Positions 1 to 10,767 of a stretch of 64,000 nucleotides of DNA are shown piece after piece (within the stretch, counting starts at the first letter, position 1; each line of letters starts with the position of its first letter). The position numbers and the translations under genes are program-made. Where the stretch lies: positions 12,102,894 through 12,166,893 of the forward strand of contig CM082589.2 in assembly GCA_040954595.2 (NCBI GenBank), in the 5' to 3' direction. The DNA is from Balanoglossus misakiensis. Its lineage: Eukaryota; Animalia; Hemichordata. The notes beneath the pieces were generated by a model. The model saw only the letters and a list, made by a program, of their open reading frames with translations. It ran no database searches and had not been told where the DNA came from.

Positions 1-574
1 TTGTAGACACGGTAGTGAAAAATTCACCGAAATGAATAATCAGTGTTTACCATTTATTCATTTTGGCGAGATTTTGACTCTGATATCCTACAAACAGGAT
101 GGAAGTTGTGTGTGGTTGAACGTTGATTCACTATATATCCACACGTAAAATAACATAAACGGTGTCTTGTATCAAACATAATTGATGGAAAAAGGGCAGC
201 GTGAGAGAGACTTTGTCTCTGTAACATACATGGAAATTTGAAGGGCATTTTCAACTAAATCTGAAAAGCTTTGTTGTGTAAGTTTCACACTTTGTGGAGA
301 TTTTGTGTATGTTTTGTTGAATCACTGTATGATATACATTTTTTTCTAATAAGGTTATTTGGTTTGTTTTCCAGTTTTTGGTGACAGAACATATTTGACG
401 GTAAGTGTTATAGATATAGCAGATGATTTCAAGTGCGTTGCAGTTTGTAGAGGTGTGGTCAACATAGCTGGTTGAGAATTTATGCACTGCATGTGTGGTT
501 GTGTACCAGGATTAGTGATCCTATCCTGGGTCATGGTTGCAATTAAAAATGTTGTGTAGCAGCTGTAATGATAA

Positions 575-790
575 TGCTTATAATATATTTATTGCTCTTA
601 AAGGCCTCCGGCCCATATTGCAGCTTTAAATTACAAATACAAAAATATATATATACATCACGGGAGTGAGTACTTTACATGGTAATAAAAAATTCTTCTC
701 TCAGTTTATACGCCTTATGTACAAATAGTGCCAGCTTGAAAATGATAATGCCTGAGTTATGGTGTAGTTTGATGTACACGAACAGTACAG
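575..790 (-). mobile_element. Possible 3' tail of a 5'-truncated LINE (RTE-X-like)
   Basis: Minus strand reads ...IIFKLALFVHKAYKLREEFFITM*, followed by a gggccggaggcct stem-loop and aataaa, resembling LINE ORF2 C-termini and 3' UTRs. Confidence 0.4.
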
Positions 791-1022
791 AAATGTGATG
801 AGCATAGCTGCTATTCAACATGTATATTTCACCTATGTACCAGTATTATTGATCCTATTTGTGGACAGGCCTGTATTATTTCAATTGCATGGTGGAAAAA
901 ACATGAGGACAAGTAATGCAGACACTAAAATGGGGAAGGCACTGCAAAATGTGGACAGTTGGATCAACAATGAGTTGTTAATTTCTGTTTGGTGATGGTA
1001 ATCATGTTGAAATATTTTTCAG

Positions 1023-4000
1023 ATGCCTCGTAAGAAGAACTGGAAGAAGAGTGATGTGCTGAAGAAGCGGTTGGGTTTGGGTCGTGTCCCACCAACCAGT
1101 GGAATTGTCACTCAGGGCCAATCTGTCCTGTTTGACCAAAATGACACTGTTACAGTGGGAAATGTATCTGGAAATTATGTCCCTCGGGACCTTATGAACT
1201 TGGATAATAAATCTGGAAATGATGTCCTTCGGGACGCTAAGAACTTGCAAAATGAATCTGATAATGAAGTCCTTCGGGACCATGATAACTTGCGAAATGA
1301 ATCATATGGTGTCCTTCGGGATCTAGATAACTTGCAAAATAACTCTTATGGTGTCCTTCGGGATCTAGATGACTTGCGAAATGAATCTGATGGTGTCCTT
1401 CGGGATCTAAATGACGGGCAAAATGAATCTGATAATGCTCTCCTTCAGGGTCATGGTGAACATGGAGATTTTGAGGACGTAAGTAACACTATGGCATGTG
1501 ATGTTGCACATGATAAAGGTGATCAAGGAGGAATTACTGTTGAGCATGAAGTTGAGGAGACTTATGTGATGGAAGAAGTTGATAATGTGAACATAGCAAG
1601 AGTTACAGAAACAGAGTGTGTTGGAAATGATTCACAAGATGGTGGTACCGAAACCAGTGAATATTTATTTTGTCCAATTACGTCTGTGATACAGCGTGAG
1701 TTATGTGACAAACTTCACTTACATAATGAAAATAATAATGAGTCTGTAAATGTAATTGAGGGTGTCGAAGCTGGTGAACCCTGTAAAATAAAGTCAATTG
1801 TTGGTGATGGTAACTGTTTGTTTCGGGCGTTGTCATATGCTGTAAGTGGAAGTGAGAGAAATCACAGAGTGATGCGAAAAGCCATTGTTAATCACTTGAA
1901 AGTCAATGAGAATGCATATTTAGATTTCATAAAGGCAATGGGATATACATCAGTTGCAGACTACATTGGAAAATCTAGAATGGATTGCCTTAACATTTGG
2001 GGTTCCGAAGTTGAAATCTTTGCCGGAGCAAACTTGTTGAATACTGACATATATGTCCATACCATTGGCAGATGGTGGAAACATCCTTGCACTCAATTTA
2101 ATGAGAGGAATTGCAGTCGAGGTGATGGTATCTATATTTATCATCTGAATCAAAATCATTTTGATGTTGTTGAGTGTGTCGAAACACCTAACTTGGAAAC
2201 CTGTCACTGCACACATACTGATTGTGATGTACTAGTGTCTGGTGTAAATGTGATTGACAACTGCAAATCTGTTACAAGTAGTGAGATATCTTCTTCACAA
2301 AGGAAATGTCCAAATAAAGAAATTGTGAAGGACAATTTGAATGCACAGGGGATTGGAACAGGAGTTAAGAGGAAAAGGCCCATTAGTACACGGCTTGGAA
2401 AGAAACTGAGAAGAGTGAAATATCAACAGAAAGAAAGTATGGTAACTGCAGCTAGTGCAAATGGTAAAACAAAGAGCAGTAGAGCTGATAGAAAGCGTGT
2501 GTTGTATCATAGTAATTGTGAACTCAGAGAGCAACTGAAATTGAAAAGTAAAAAAAGGTACCATGAAGATATAACATACAGAGAGGTTAAGAAACAGAAA
2601 TTTTCACAGAAGTACCAGCATGACGCATTGTTTCGTGAGGCAAAGAAGGTGAAATTGTCAGAGAAATACCGGCATGATAGTTTGTTTCGTGAAGCAAAGA
2701 AGGTGAAATTTTCACAGAAGTACAAGGATGACGCATTGTATCGTGAGGCAAAGAAGGTGAAATTGTCAGAGAAATACCGGCATGATAGTTTGTTTCGTGA
2801 AGCAAAGAAGGTGAAATTTTCACAGAAGTACCAGCATGACGCATTGTTTCGTGAGGCAAAGAAGGTGAAATTGTCAGAGAAATACCGGCATGATAGTTTG
2901 TTTCGTGAAGCAAAGAAGGTGAAATTTTCACAGAAGTACAAGGATGACGCATTGTATCGTGAAGCAAAGAAGGTGAAATTGTCAGAGAAATACCGGCATG
3001 ACAGTTTATTCCGTGAAGCAAAGAAGGCGAAATTGTTCGAGAAGTACCGGCATGACACATTGTATCGTGAAACAAAGAAGGTGAAATTTACAGAGAAATA
3101 TGAGCATGACGAATTGTTTCGTAAATCTGAGAAAACAAGATTTTCACACAAATATCAGCATGATGAAGGATTTCGTGACAAGAAAAAATCAGAATTTTGT
3201 GAACAATATAAGAAAGTTCCCCTGCTCAAAGAAAATCAGCAGAGACAGTGTTCACAGAGGTACAAAGAAAACCCTGACTATAGAGACAGAGTATTGGAAA
3301 GAACAAGAAGAGAGAGAGAACAGAACAAAATTCAAAAGGGAAATTTAGATAATGTTGTTGCTGCTTTCCGAAATCAGGTATCAAATGGTCCTGACTGTGT
3401 GTGTTCTGTTTGCCATAGGCGACTTTTCAGAAAGCAAGTAATTCTTTGCAAAAGAGAAAAGTATGCAAGTAAAACAGCATCATGTGATATTGCTGAGAAT
3501 TGCATTACAGAAGATTATGTACATAGATGTAGTTTACTATGTCCTGTTGAGTGCCCACTTGAGAATAGTGCAGCAAGTAAGGTGTGGATTTGTTACACAT
3601 GTGACACAAAACTGATGCGTGGAAAGATGCCAGTTCAAGCTGTTGCAAACAATCTGCATGTAAACCCAATTCCTCTTGAATTGGAATGCCTGAATTCTCT
3701 AGAGCAACATCTGATTGCACTGCATATTCCTTTCATGAAAATGATGGCACTCCCGAAAGGTGGGCAGAATGGTGTTCATGGACCTGTTGTATGTGTCCCA
3801 TCAAATATAGAGAAAGCGACAAGTATTTTACCACGCGGTGAATTGGATGATCAAATGATAAAGGTGAAGTTGAAACGAAAATTAACTTACAAAGGTTGCT
3901 ATCAGTATCAGTTTGTTACAAAAAGCCACATTCAAAATGCATTGGATTACTTACAGAGGAATAACAAGTGGTATAGTGATGTGAAATTCAATGTGGATTG

Positions 4001-7000
4001 GGAAAACAGTCTTGAAAAAACAAAAGATGAACCTTCAGATGTCAAAGACATTGATGATGTGTCATCGGATACAGAAGATGAAAATGACACTGGGAAAGAT
4101 ACGAATGGAATATTCATGGACACATGCTTTCAGCCAGTCAATATAGCTCAAGATAATCTTGATTATCACTTTGATGCTATAATCTCTGTTGCTCCTGCAG
4201 AAGGTAATGCACCTGTTAGTGTTATGATGGAGAAATACAATGAAGCAAAGTGTTTTCCAGTGTTATTTCCAACTGGGTCACCAACATTTCATGATGACAG
4301 AGAAATTAAAATTACTATAGGTCGATACTTGCAAAGTCGTTTGATGAATGCAAGCAATAGGTTTGCACAAAATACAGACTACATATTTTATGCGCAGTAT
4401 TTGTCAGAAATTGAGCAGGTTGTATCTAATGTGTCTATTGCATTGAGAAAAGGAACTGCACATGCTTGTGGTAGAAAAGTAACATCTGATGTTTTGACTG
4501 ATAGAGAATCTTTGCAAGAGATTTTGAAGTGTGATGAAGGTTACAAGTTTTTGAAACCTATCAGAGGGACACCCCCTTACTGGCAAGCTACACAGAAAGA
4601 TTTGTTTGCAATGATCAGACAGCTAGGTATACCAACATGGTTCTGTTCATTTTCTTCTGCTGATTTGCGATGGAAAGAACTCATTGAGACACTGCTTCGT
4701 GGGGAAGGTGATACACGTAATGCAGAGGATCTTGATTGGTCTGAGAAATGTGGTATTTTGAAGCGTAACCCAGTAACAGCTGCAAGAATGTTTGATCATC
4801 GGTTTCAATGTTTTCTCAAAGATGTCATTATGTCACCAGCCAATCCTATTGGGAAAATAAAAGATTACTTTTATCGAGTAGAATTCCAACAACGTGGGTC
4901 ACCCCACACTCACTGCTTATTTTGGGTTGAAAATGCACCCAGAGTAGACAAGGATTCTGATGATGAAGTGGTTGATTTTGTTGACAGTTATGTTACGTGT
5001 GAAATGCCATCATCTGACAATGATGAAGAATTACATGACATTGTGAAGTCAGTTCAAAAACACAGCACACGCCATTCAAAATCTTGCAAGAAGAAAAATA
5101 CTAAATGTAGATTTAATTTTCCACGGCCACCATCACAACAAACATTTGTATGCCGCCCTGTTGACAGTGTAGTGAATAAAATACCAGAGGACCTAGACAA
5201 CGCAGAGAGTCGCGAAGCATTTGAAATTGCCGTTTCACAGTTGATTGTTTCACCAGTGGAGCAAAAGATGGCTACAGAACTTCTAGAGAAACTTTGGGTG
5301 GCAATGAATGACAAGGAGAAAGAGTATGATACCATAGATGACTTATTTGAGGAAGTTGGTATATCCCAAGAAGCCTATGAGAGAGCACATTCAATTGTTT
5401 CCAAAAAGACAAGTATAGTTATGAAACGGCAGCCGAACGATGTATGGGTAAACCAATACAATCCTTGTCTTTTGCGTTGTTGGAATGCAAATATGGATAT
5501 CCAGTTTGTTGTTGATGCATATGCATGTGTTGTGTATATTGTATCATACATTTCTAAGGCAGAAAGAGAAATGGGTTTACTTCTTGAACATGCTCAGAAA
5601 GAGGCTAACAAAGAGGGAAATATGGATGCTAAATCTGCATTGAGACAGTTAGGCAGTGTTTATCTTCACAACAGAGAAGTAAGTGCTCAGGAGGCTGTAT
5701 ATAGAGTGTGTGGATTGAAACTGAAGCAATCATCTCGAAAAGTCCAGTTTATTCCAACTGGAGAAAATCCTATCAAAATGAGTTTACCATTTGCTGCAAT
5801 AAAAAACAAAATGAAGGGAAATGAGGTCGATGAAGAAAGCATCTGGATGCATAGTATCGTTGACAGATACAAGAACAGACCAAATGGGATAGATTTTGAT
5901 AGCATGTGTCTTGCTACATTTTGCTCAGAATACAGAATAGTTTCAAAATCAGAAGTTGTGAATGTCAATGATGAGAAACGACAGAGTCCTCTAGTAAAGT
6001 TACAAAATAATACTGGCTATATGCAAAAGAGATCACGAACTGAACCAGCTGTCATCAGATATGCAAGATTCTCAGTGACAAAATATCCAGAGAAGTATTA
6101 CCGCAGTATGTTAGAACTCTTTCTACCACACCGAGTTGATTCACAACTGAAACCTAGTGGTTATGAATCCTATGAGAATTTCTATCGTGTTGGTGCTGTG
6201 AAATGTGGATCTGAATCTGTAGAAAAAGTGAAGGACATAGTGGAAAGAAACAAAGCAATGTTTGAAAAAGAGGCTGATGCTGTTGATATGGCTGAAGAAT
6301 TCCTTGGTGGAAATAATGAACCACTGCAAGATGCATGGGCACAAATCTGCCCAGAAAATGAATTAGACAGATTAGAATGTATTGAGGAAGGCAAAAAATG
6401 CAATGACGATAATGATGGAGATAAAGCAGATGATATTCCAGAGTTGGTGGTAAAAGCGCAAGGTGATTGCAGTGTGGAGGTCTCTACTTCAGTAGCAAGA
6501 GCAGAGATTGCAGCAATGTGCAGATCATTGAACAAAAAACAGACAGAAATCTTCTATAGTGTCAGACAGTGGTGTTTGGATAAAAGCAATGGGGAGAATC
6601 CAGAGCCTTTTTATTTATTTGTGAGTGGTGGTGCTGGCACTGGGAAAAGCCATTTGATCAAGACGTTGCATCATGAAGCCAAACGAATTCTAGCTCGTGT
6701 ATTGCCAAACCCAGATGAAATCTCTGTAATGCTGACTGCTCCAACGGGTGTAGCTGCATTTAATATACAAGGAGAAACACTGCACCATGCATTTTCAATA
6801 GCAGTAGATTCAAAGCTGCCGTATCAGCCACTGCATGAGGAAAAGATAAACAGTCTGCGTTCAAAACTTGGAAATGTGGAAATTTTAATAATAGATGAAA
6901 TTTCTATGGTGGATAAGAAGTTATTGCACTACGTTCATGGAAGATTAAGACAACTCAAACAACGCTCAAGTCAGGCACCATTTGGAAATGTAAGTGTCAT

Positions 7001-8597
7001 TGCTGTTGGTGATTTTTACCAACTTCCGCCTGTGAAAGGAAGTCCACTATGCATAGACAATGATGTAATTAGTTTGTGGAGTGATAATTTCAAGATTGTT
7101 GAGCTTACTGAAATAATGAGGCAGAAGGATAGTGGCTTTGCAGAAGCACTGAACCACATAAGAGTTCACAAGAAGGGAGAGACACTGGAAGCAAAAGACT
7201 TGGAAATGTTTCAGAAATGTGTCACTGGTGAATCCTCTGAGGCAATTCACATTTTTGGTACAAATGCAGAAGTAAATAAATGCAATGTTACAATGCTTCA
7301 TTCATTATGTTCCGATCCTGTGTGTATTGAAGCAGAAGATTTCATCAAGAATGCTACAACAGGAAAACTGGAGAGAAAGGAAGGGCATCACGCAAAAGTC
7401 TACAGAACAATGTTGCCTAAAAGTGTAACTGTAGCTGTTGGTGCACGAGTTCAGTTGACACAAAATATAGATGTTTCTGATGGGCTGGTGAATGGTGTAT
7501 TTGGAACAGTGTGCCATATTGAAGTGAAGGAATCTGGGACTTTCCCAATGGCTGTTTATGTGGTGTTTGATAATGTAAGTGTTGGGCAAAAGTTGCGCAG
7601 AAAAACACCTAATGTAGTTCAGTTACCAGAAAGGAGCACACGTATTGAACCTCAGGAATTGTCTGTTGCAATTAATGGTGGTATAAGGAGACAGTTTCCT
7701 CTGAAACTAGCATGGGCATGTACTGTGCATAAGGTGCAAGGATTGACAGTTGATAAAGCTGTTGTTAGTTTAAAGAAGATGTTTGCACCAGGACAGGCAT
7801 ATGTTGCATTGAGTCGAGTGACATCATTGGAAGGTCTTGTCATTGATGAATTTGAAACATCATCTATTTATTGCAATCCAAAGATACAGGCTGCTTTGGC
7901 AGAAATGCCACAGTTTCTTGATACATGTGCAACACAGTTGCAAACAAGTCATGCTTGCACTTTCATAATGCATAATATTGAGGGTGTTCAAAACCACATT
8001 GAAGATATTCGCAGTGGTGTTGAATATTTGGAGTCAGACTTTATTTGTTTGACAGAAACATGGCTATCAGAGACAACAATAGAATCTGATATAGAAGTCA
8101 GTGGTTTTGTATTTAGTCACAAACCTAGAAGTTCATCCTATAATCAATTTAATAACAATACTGCAACTTTGCAATCGCAACATAGGGGTGGTGTTGGAGT
8201 GTACTGTACTATACCCAGAACTGATGACATTTTGCATCTATCTGTTGCTAACCTAGAATATATGGCATTTTATGTTGAAGACATCAATGTGACAGTAGCA
8301 GTAGTTTACAGACCACCATCATACAAAATGGAGACATTCAAGAAGAGCTTGCTTCTCTTAGTAAGTGAAATGGGTAAACGCCATGGTGGGATAGTGATCA
8401 TGGGTGATTTCAATGAGAACATATTCACATCGTCATCTCTTGTGGATTTAATGCAATGCTGTGGTTTCAAGCAGTGTGTTAATAGAGCAACCACAGAAGC
8501 TGGTACATTGATTGACCATGTGTATGTGAAAGGCATAGAAAATGTCACAGTAGAGATTGTACCCAAATACTTTAGTTTTCATGAAGCATACGCATAA
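1023..8597 (+). CDS. Helentron/Helitron2 RepHel polyprotein (OTU protease + Zn finger + HUH Rep + PIF1 helicase + APE/EEP endonuclease)
   Basis: 2524-aa open ORF. OTU: IVGDGNCLFRALS..WGSEVEI..HFDV. Zn finger: CSVCHRRLF..WICYTC. Rep motif 2 RVEFQQRGSPHTHCLFW (Helentron-type S) and motif 3 YIVSYISK. PIF1: GGAGTGKS, APTGVAA, IIDEISMV, GDFYQLPPV, QFPLKLAWACTVHKVQG, GQAYVALSRV. EEP: HNIEG, CLTETW, VYRPP, MGDFN, IDHVY, SFH. Confidence 0.95.
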   Translation: MPRKKNWKKSDVLKKRLGLGRVPPTSGIVTQGQSVLFDQNDTVTVGNVSGNYVPRDLMNLDNKSGNDVLRDAKNLQNESDNEVLRDHDNLRNESYGVLRDLDNLQNNSYGVLRDLDDLRNESDGVLRDLNDGQNESDNALLQGHGEHGDFEDVSNTMACDVAHDKGDQGGITVEHEVEETYVMEEVDNVNIARVTETECVGNDSQDGGTETSEYLFCPITSVIQRELCDKLHLHNENNNESVNVIEGVEAGEPCKIKSIVGDGNCLFRALSYAVSGSERNHRVMRKAIVNHLKVNENAYLDFIKAMGYTSVADYIGKSRMDCLNIWGSEVEIFAGANLLNTDIYVHTIGRWWKHPCTQFNERNCSRGDGIYIYHLNQNHFDVVECVETPNLETCHCTHTDCDVLVSGVNVIDNCKSVTSSEISSSQRKCPNKEIVKDNLNAQGIGTGVKRKRPISTRLGKKLRRVKYQQKESMVTAASANGKTKSSRADRKRVLYHSNCELREQLKLKSKKRYHEDITYREVKKQKFSQKYQHDALFREAKKVKLSEKYRHDSLFREAKKVKFSQKYKDDALYREAKKVKLSEKYRHDSLFREAKKVKFSQKYQHDALFREAKKVKLSEKYRHDSLFREAKKVKFSQKYKDDALYREAKKVKLSEKYRHDSLFREAKKAKLFEKYRHDTLYRETKKVKFTEKYEHDELFRKSEKTRFSHKYQHDEGFRDKKKSEFCEQYKKVPLLKENQQRQCSQRYKENPDYRDRVLERTRREREQNKIQKGNLDNVVAAFRNQVSNGPDCVCSVCHRRLFRKQVILCKREKYASKTASCDIAENCITEDYVHRCSLLCPVECPLENSAASKVWICYTCDTKLMRGKMPVQAVANNLHVNPIPLELECLNSLEQHLIALHIPFMKMMALPKGGQNGVHGPVVCVPSNIEKATSILPRGELDDQMIKVKLKRKLTYKGCYQYQFVTKSHIQNALDYLQRNNKWYSDVKFNVDWENSLEKTKDEPSDVKDIDDVSSDTEDENDTGKDTNGIFMDTCFQPVNIAQDNLDYHFDAIISVAPAEGNAPVSVMMEKYNEAKCFPVLFPTGSPTFHDDREIKITIGRYLQSRLMNASNRFAQNTDYIFYAQYLSEIEQVVSNVSIALRKGTAHACGRKVTSDVLTDRESLQEILKCDEGYKFLKPIRGTPPYWQATQKDLFAMIRQLGIPTWFCSFSSADLRWKELIETLLRGEGDTRNAEDLDWSEKCGILKRNPVTAARMFDHRFQCFLKDVIMSPANPIGKIKDYFYRVEFQQRGSPHTHCLFWVENAPRVDKDSDDEVVDFVDSYVTCEMPSSDNDEELHDIVKSVQKHSTRHSKSCKKKNTKCRFNFPRPPSQQTFVCRPVDSVVNKIPEDLDNAESREAFEIAVSQLIVSPVEQKMATELLEKLWVAMNDKEKEYDTIDDLFEEVGISQEAYERAHSIVSKKTSIVMKRQPNDVWVNQYNPCLLRCWNANMDIQFVVDAYACVVYIVSYISKAEREMGLLLEHAQKEANKEGNMDAKSALRQLGSVYLHNREVSAQEAVYRVCGLKLKQSSRKVQFIPTGENPIKMSLPFAAIKNKMKGNEVDEESIWMHSIVDRYKNRPNGIDFDSMCLATFCSEYRIVSKSEVVNVNDEKRQSPLVKLQNNTGYMQKRSRTEPAVIRYARFSVTKYPEKYYRSMLELFLPHRVDSQLKPSGYESYENFYRVGAVKCGSESVEKVKDIVERNKAMFEKEADAVDMAEEFLGGNNEPLQDAWAQICPENELDRLECIEEGKKCNDDNDGDKADDIPELVVKAQGDCSVEVSTSVARAEIAAMCRSLNKKQTEIFYSVRQWCLDKSNGENPEPFYLFVSGGAGTGKSHLIKTLHHEAKRILARVLPNPDEISVMLTAPTGVAAFNIQGETLHHAFSIAVDSKLPYQPLHEEKINSLRSKLGNVEILIIDEISMVDKKLLHYVHGRLRQLKQRSSQAPFGNVSVIAVGDFYQLPPVKGSPLCIDNDVISLWSDNFKIVELTEIMRQKDSGFAEALNHIRVHKKGETLEAKDLEMFQKCVTGESSEAIHIFGTNAEVNKCNVTMLHSLCSDPVCIEAEDFIKNATTGKLERKEGHHAKVYRTMLPKSVTVAVGARVQLTQNIDVSDGLVNGVFGTVCHIEVKESGTFPMAVYVVFDNVSVGQKLRRKTPNVVQLPERSTRIEPQELSVAINGGIRRQFPLKLAWACTVHKVQGLTVDKAVVSLKKMFAPGQAYVALSRVTSLEGLVIDEFETSSIYCNPKIQAALAEMPQFLDTCATQLQTSHACTFIMHNIEGVQNHIEDIRSGVEYLESDFICLTETWLSETTIESDIEVSGFVFSHKPRSSSYNQFNNNTATLQSQHRGGVGVYCTIPRTDDILHLSVANLEYMAFYVEDINVTVAVVYRPPSYKMETFKKSLLLLVSEMGKRHGGIVIMGDFNENIFTSSSLVDLMQCCGFKQCVNRATTEAGTLIDHVYVKGIENVTVEIVPKYFSFHEAYA
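1180..1445 (+). repeat. Coding tandem repeat, 39-42 bp (VLRDLDNLQNES-like)
   Basis: gtccttcggga...ttgc(a/g)aaatgaatc recurs about 6 times in frame. Confidence 0.9.
2598..3190 (+). repeat. Coding tandem repeat, 54 bp (18 aa, KFSQKYQHDALFREAKKV type), with 216-bp higher-order period
   Basis: About 11 units; identical A-type units at 2598 and 2814. Confidence 0.95.
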
Positions 8598-8855
8598 AGA
8601 TTTGAATATTGACACTAACACTGAGAGGAACATGTGATATACAGCAAAAAAATTTTAAAGACTGATCTCGTCCTGATTATGAAAATTTTGTGGCGATCCA
8701 ATGCTGACGGGGCCACTTCATGAAGCCATACGCATTCAGATTTGAATACTGACACTAACATTGAGACAAACGTGGTATACAGCAAAATAATTTCAAAGAA
8801 TAAACCCGTCCTGAGTATAACAATTGTGTGGCAATCTAATGGTGACGGGGCCACA
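8577..8855 (+). repeat. ~140-bp tandem duplication spanning the ORF stop codon
   Basis: ttcatgaagc...gacggggccac occurs twice (8577-8716, 8717-8855). Confidence 0.85.
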
Positions 8856-9809
8856 TTTTTTGTGTTTTAATTCTTCTCTAATTAATGCCAGCTGTAAAGA
8901 TATGCTCTGTCTTTACCATGGTCAGGTCTGTGTCGTTGTTTACTCCTGTTCACATGTCAGGAGTAAACAAGAATTAGAAAGACCTGACAAGCATAAAGAC
9001 AAAGAGCCTGTACAGGTGATATTAATCAGAGTCTTAATTGGGAGGGGGGGGGGGGGGGGGGTTGCACGTCCTGTAGGATAAGGGGACAAAGTCGCCGTTT
9101 ATGATTTTTGGGGGGTATTTTGTTTGATAGGAGAAGTACATGTAGTTTTTGTTGTGTGATTTCCATACAGACTAGAAAATACCGAGTATGTTTATGCTGC
9201 AATTCTATATATTTGTGTGCATAATAGGTAAAACAGTGACTTTGTCCATTTAAAATAACACTAATTGCAACTGAGTGTATTACTGTCATTGTCTTCATTG
9301 TTTATATTTTTGTGTTTGTTCTGTAAAATTTCTTATTCTAATCCATAAAACATATGGATTGTAATCACATCATATGTGTCAGTAACTTTCCCCTTTAAGA
9401 GAGTCCTGTCAATTTCTTCATGTTGCTTACACACACTTATCAGTGATTGTCATTGGTATGCTTGAGGTTTACTAATCAACTGTTTAATGAATTGAAATGT
9501 ATTTATGTATAAGGCCAATGTATTTATGAGATATTAATATGTGTTGAAGTGTATATATAGGTGTTTTTTGTAAAAAAAAAAAATTTTTTGGGGGGGGTGC
9601 AATATTTGTCGAAACATAATGTTTATATTTGAGACAATATATTGTTTTTCTTCAATTGGCATATGTGAGAGTTTCTGTGAATTACTGCTTTTGTTTGCTG
9701 TTAAAAATGTGAAATGTGCTTTTCGGTAAGTGATATTCAATGAGGGAATATTTCTCTTCCAAAAGCTATTGGAAATTGCATATTGAATGCCATCACGTGA
9801 TTAGTCTTA

Positions 9810-10767
9810 CAGTTATTACCGGGTTTTACTGATAGTGCGCCAAGGGCAATTAATTGGAAAATGAGGAAATTAACAGGTGCCACCTGGAACCAATTAGTCA
9901 ACCAGGGCAATACTTTGGCTATATTGAAAACACCTACTTTGATGCAAGCGTCGTGTCATCTGATTGCTCGTTGACAGCTGTTCTGCCTACTTACCGAAGA
10001 TTGCTTTAATGAACATCTAGTTGAGATTGTTGCCACCGAACACGAACATGCGCATCATCGCTAGACGCCAATGCTGATATGAGCTGTCAATGTCGTGAAG
10101 ACGTTCACCATCTTGGATGCCGTGTACATGGCGAAGGAGTCATGGGACAATGTCATGCCGTAGACACTTGTTGGTTGCTCAGATTCGGACTCTGTGGTCA
10201 CCGTTGAATTGGACGCGTTTACCGATGTCCCCATGCCAGATATGACGCCAATGGACTGCACGCATAATGTTGATATGAACAGTGCTGTTCACTGGTGAGC
10301 TGCGCGATGCAGAGTCGCCTGTACTGACCTCCAAACAGAAGATGGACATGATTCACCACCTTGGCCAGTTAACCCAGGGAAAGGGAACAGAGTACACGCT
10401 ACCGATGCTTCGCGAAATTGACAACGCCGTGTTGGCCCTTGTCGCAGAATCGAAGACCAGCGCACCGTCGACTTGTGTCTCCAAGAACGTCTTGTTTTCA
10501 ATCTGGTGTTATTCAATATTTATTGTACTTTTTCTTGGATATTTTTGCATGATTTCTCTTGTGATAGAAAAAAGAAGGACACTGCTCTGGCAAAACGTTT
10601 AAGTACAGTAATCATCTGTCGCTGGACGTCTTTGGTGAATTGTTGATGTTGTATTTTCCATGCCAGAAATTCAATTTAAAAATCCCAAATAGTTGGCCAC
10701 CAGCCAAAAAATTGCCCAACAGTAATTTTTGGATGGGCGAACTATCAGTAAAACCCGGTAATTACTG
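9810..10767 (+). mobile_element. pogo/Tigger-type (Tc1/mariner) internally deleted DNA transposon
   Basis: ~32-bp TIRs cagt(t/a)attaccgggttttactgatagt(g/t)cgcc, TA on the left (aa on the right). Remnant VKTFTILDAVYMAKESWDNVMP*TLVGC at ~10095-10178 resembles a pogo DDE C-terminus. Confidence 0.85.

Noticed and set aside
2507-3151. 214-aa and 162-aa antisense ORFs
   Set aside because: Shadows of the 54-bp coding repeat on the opposite strand.
9040-9062. Poly-G run as a functional G-quadruplex
   Set aside because: A simple homopolymer of unreliable length with no supporting context.
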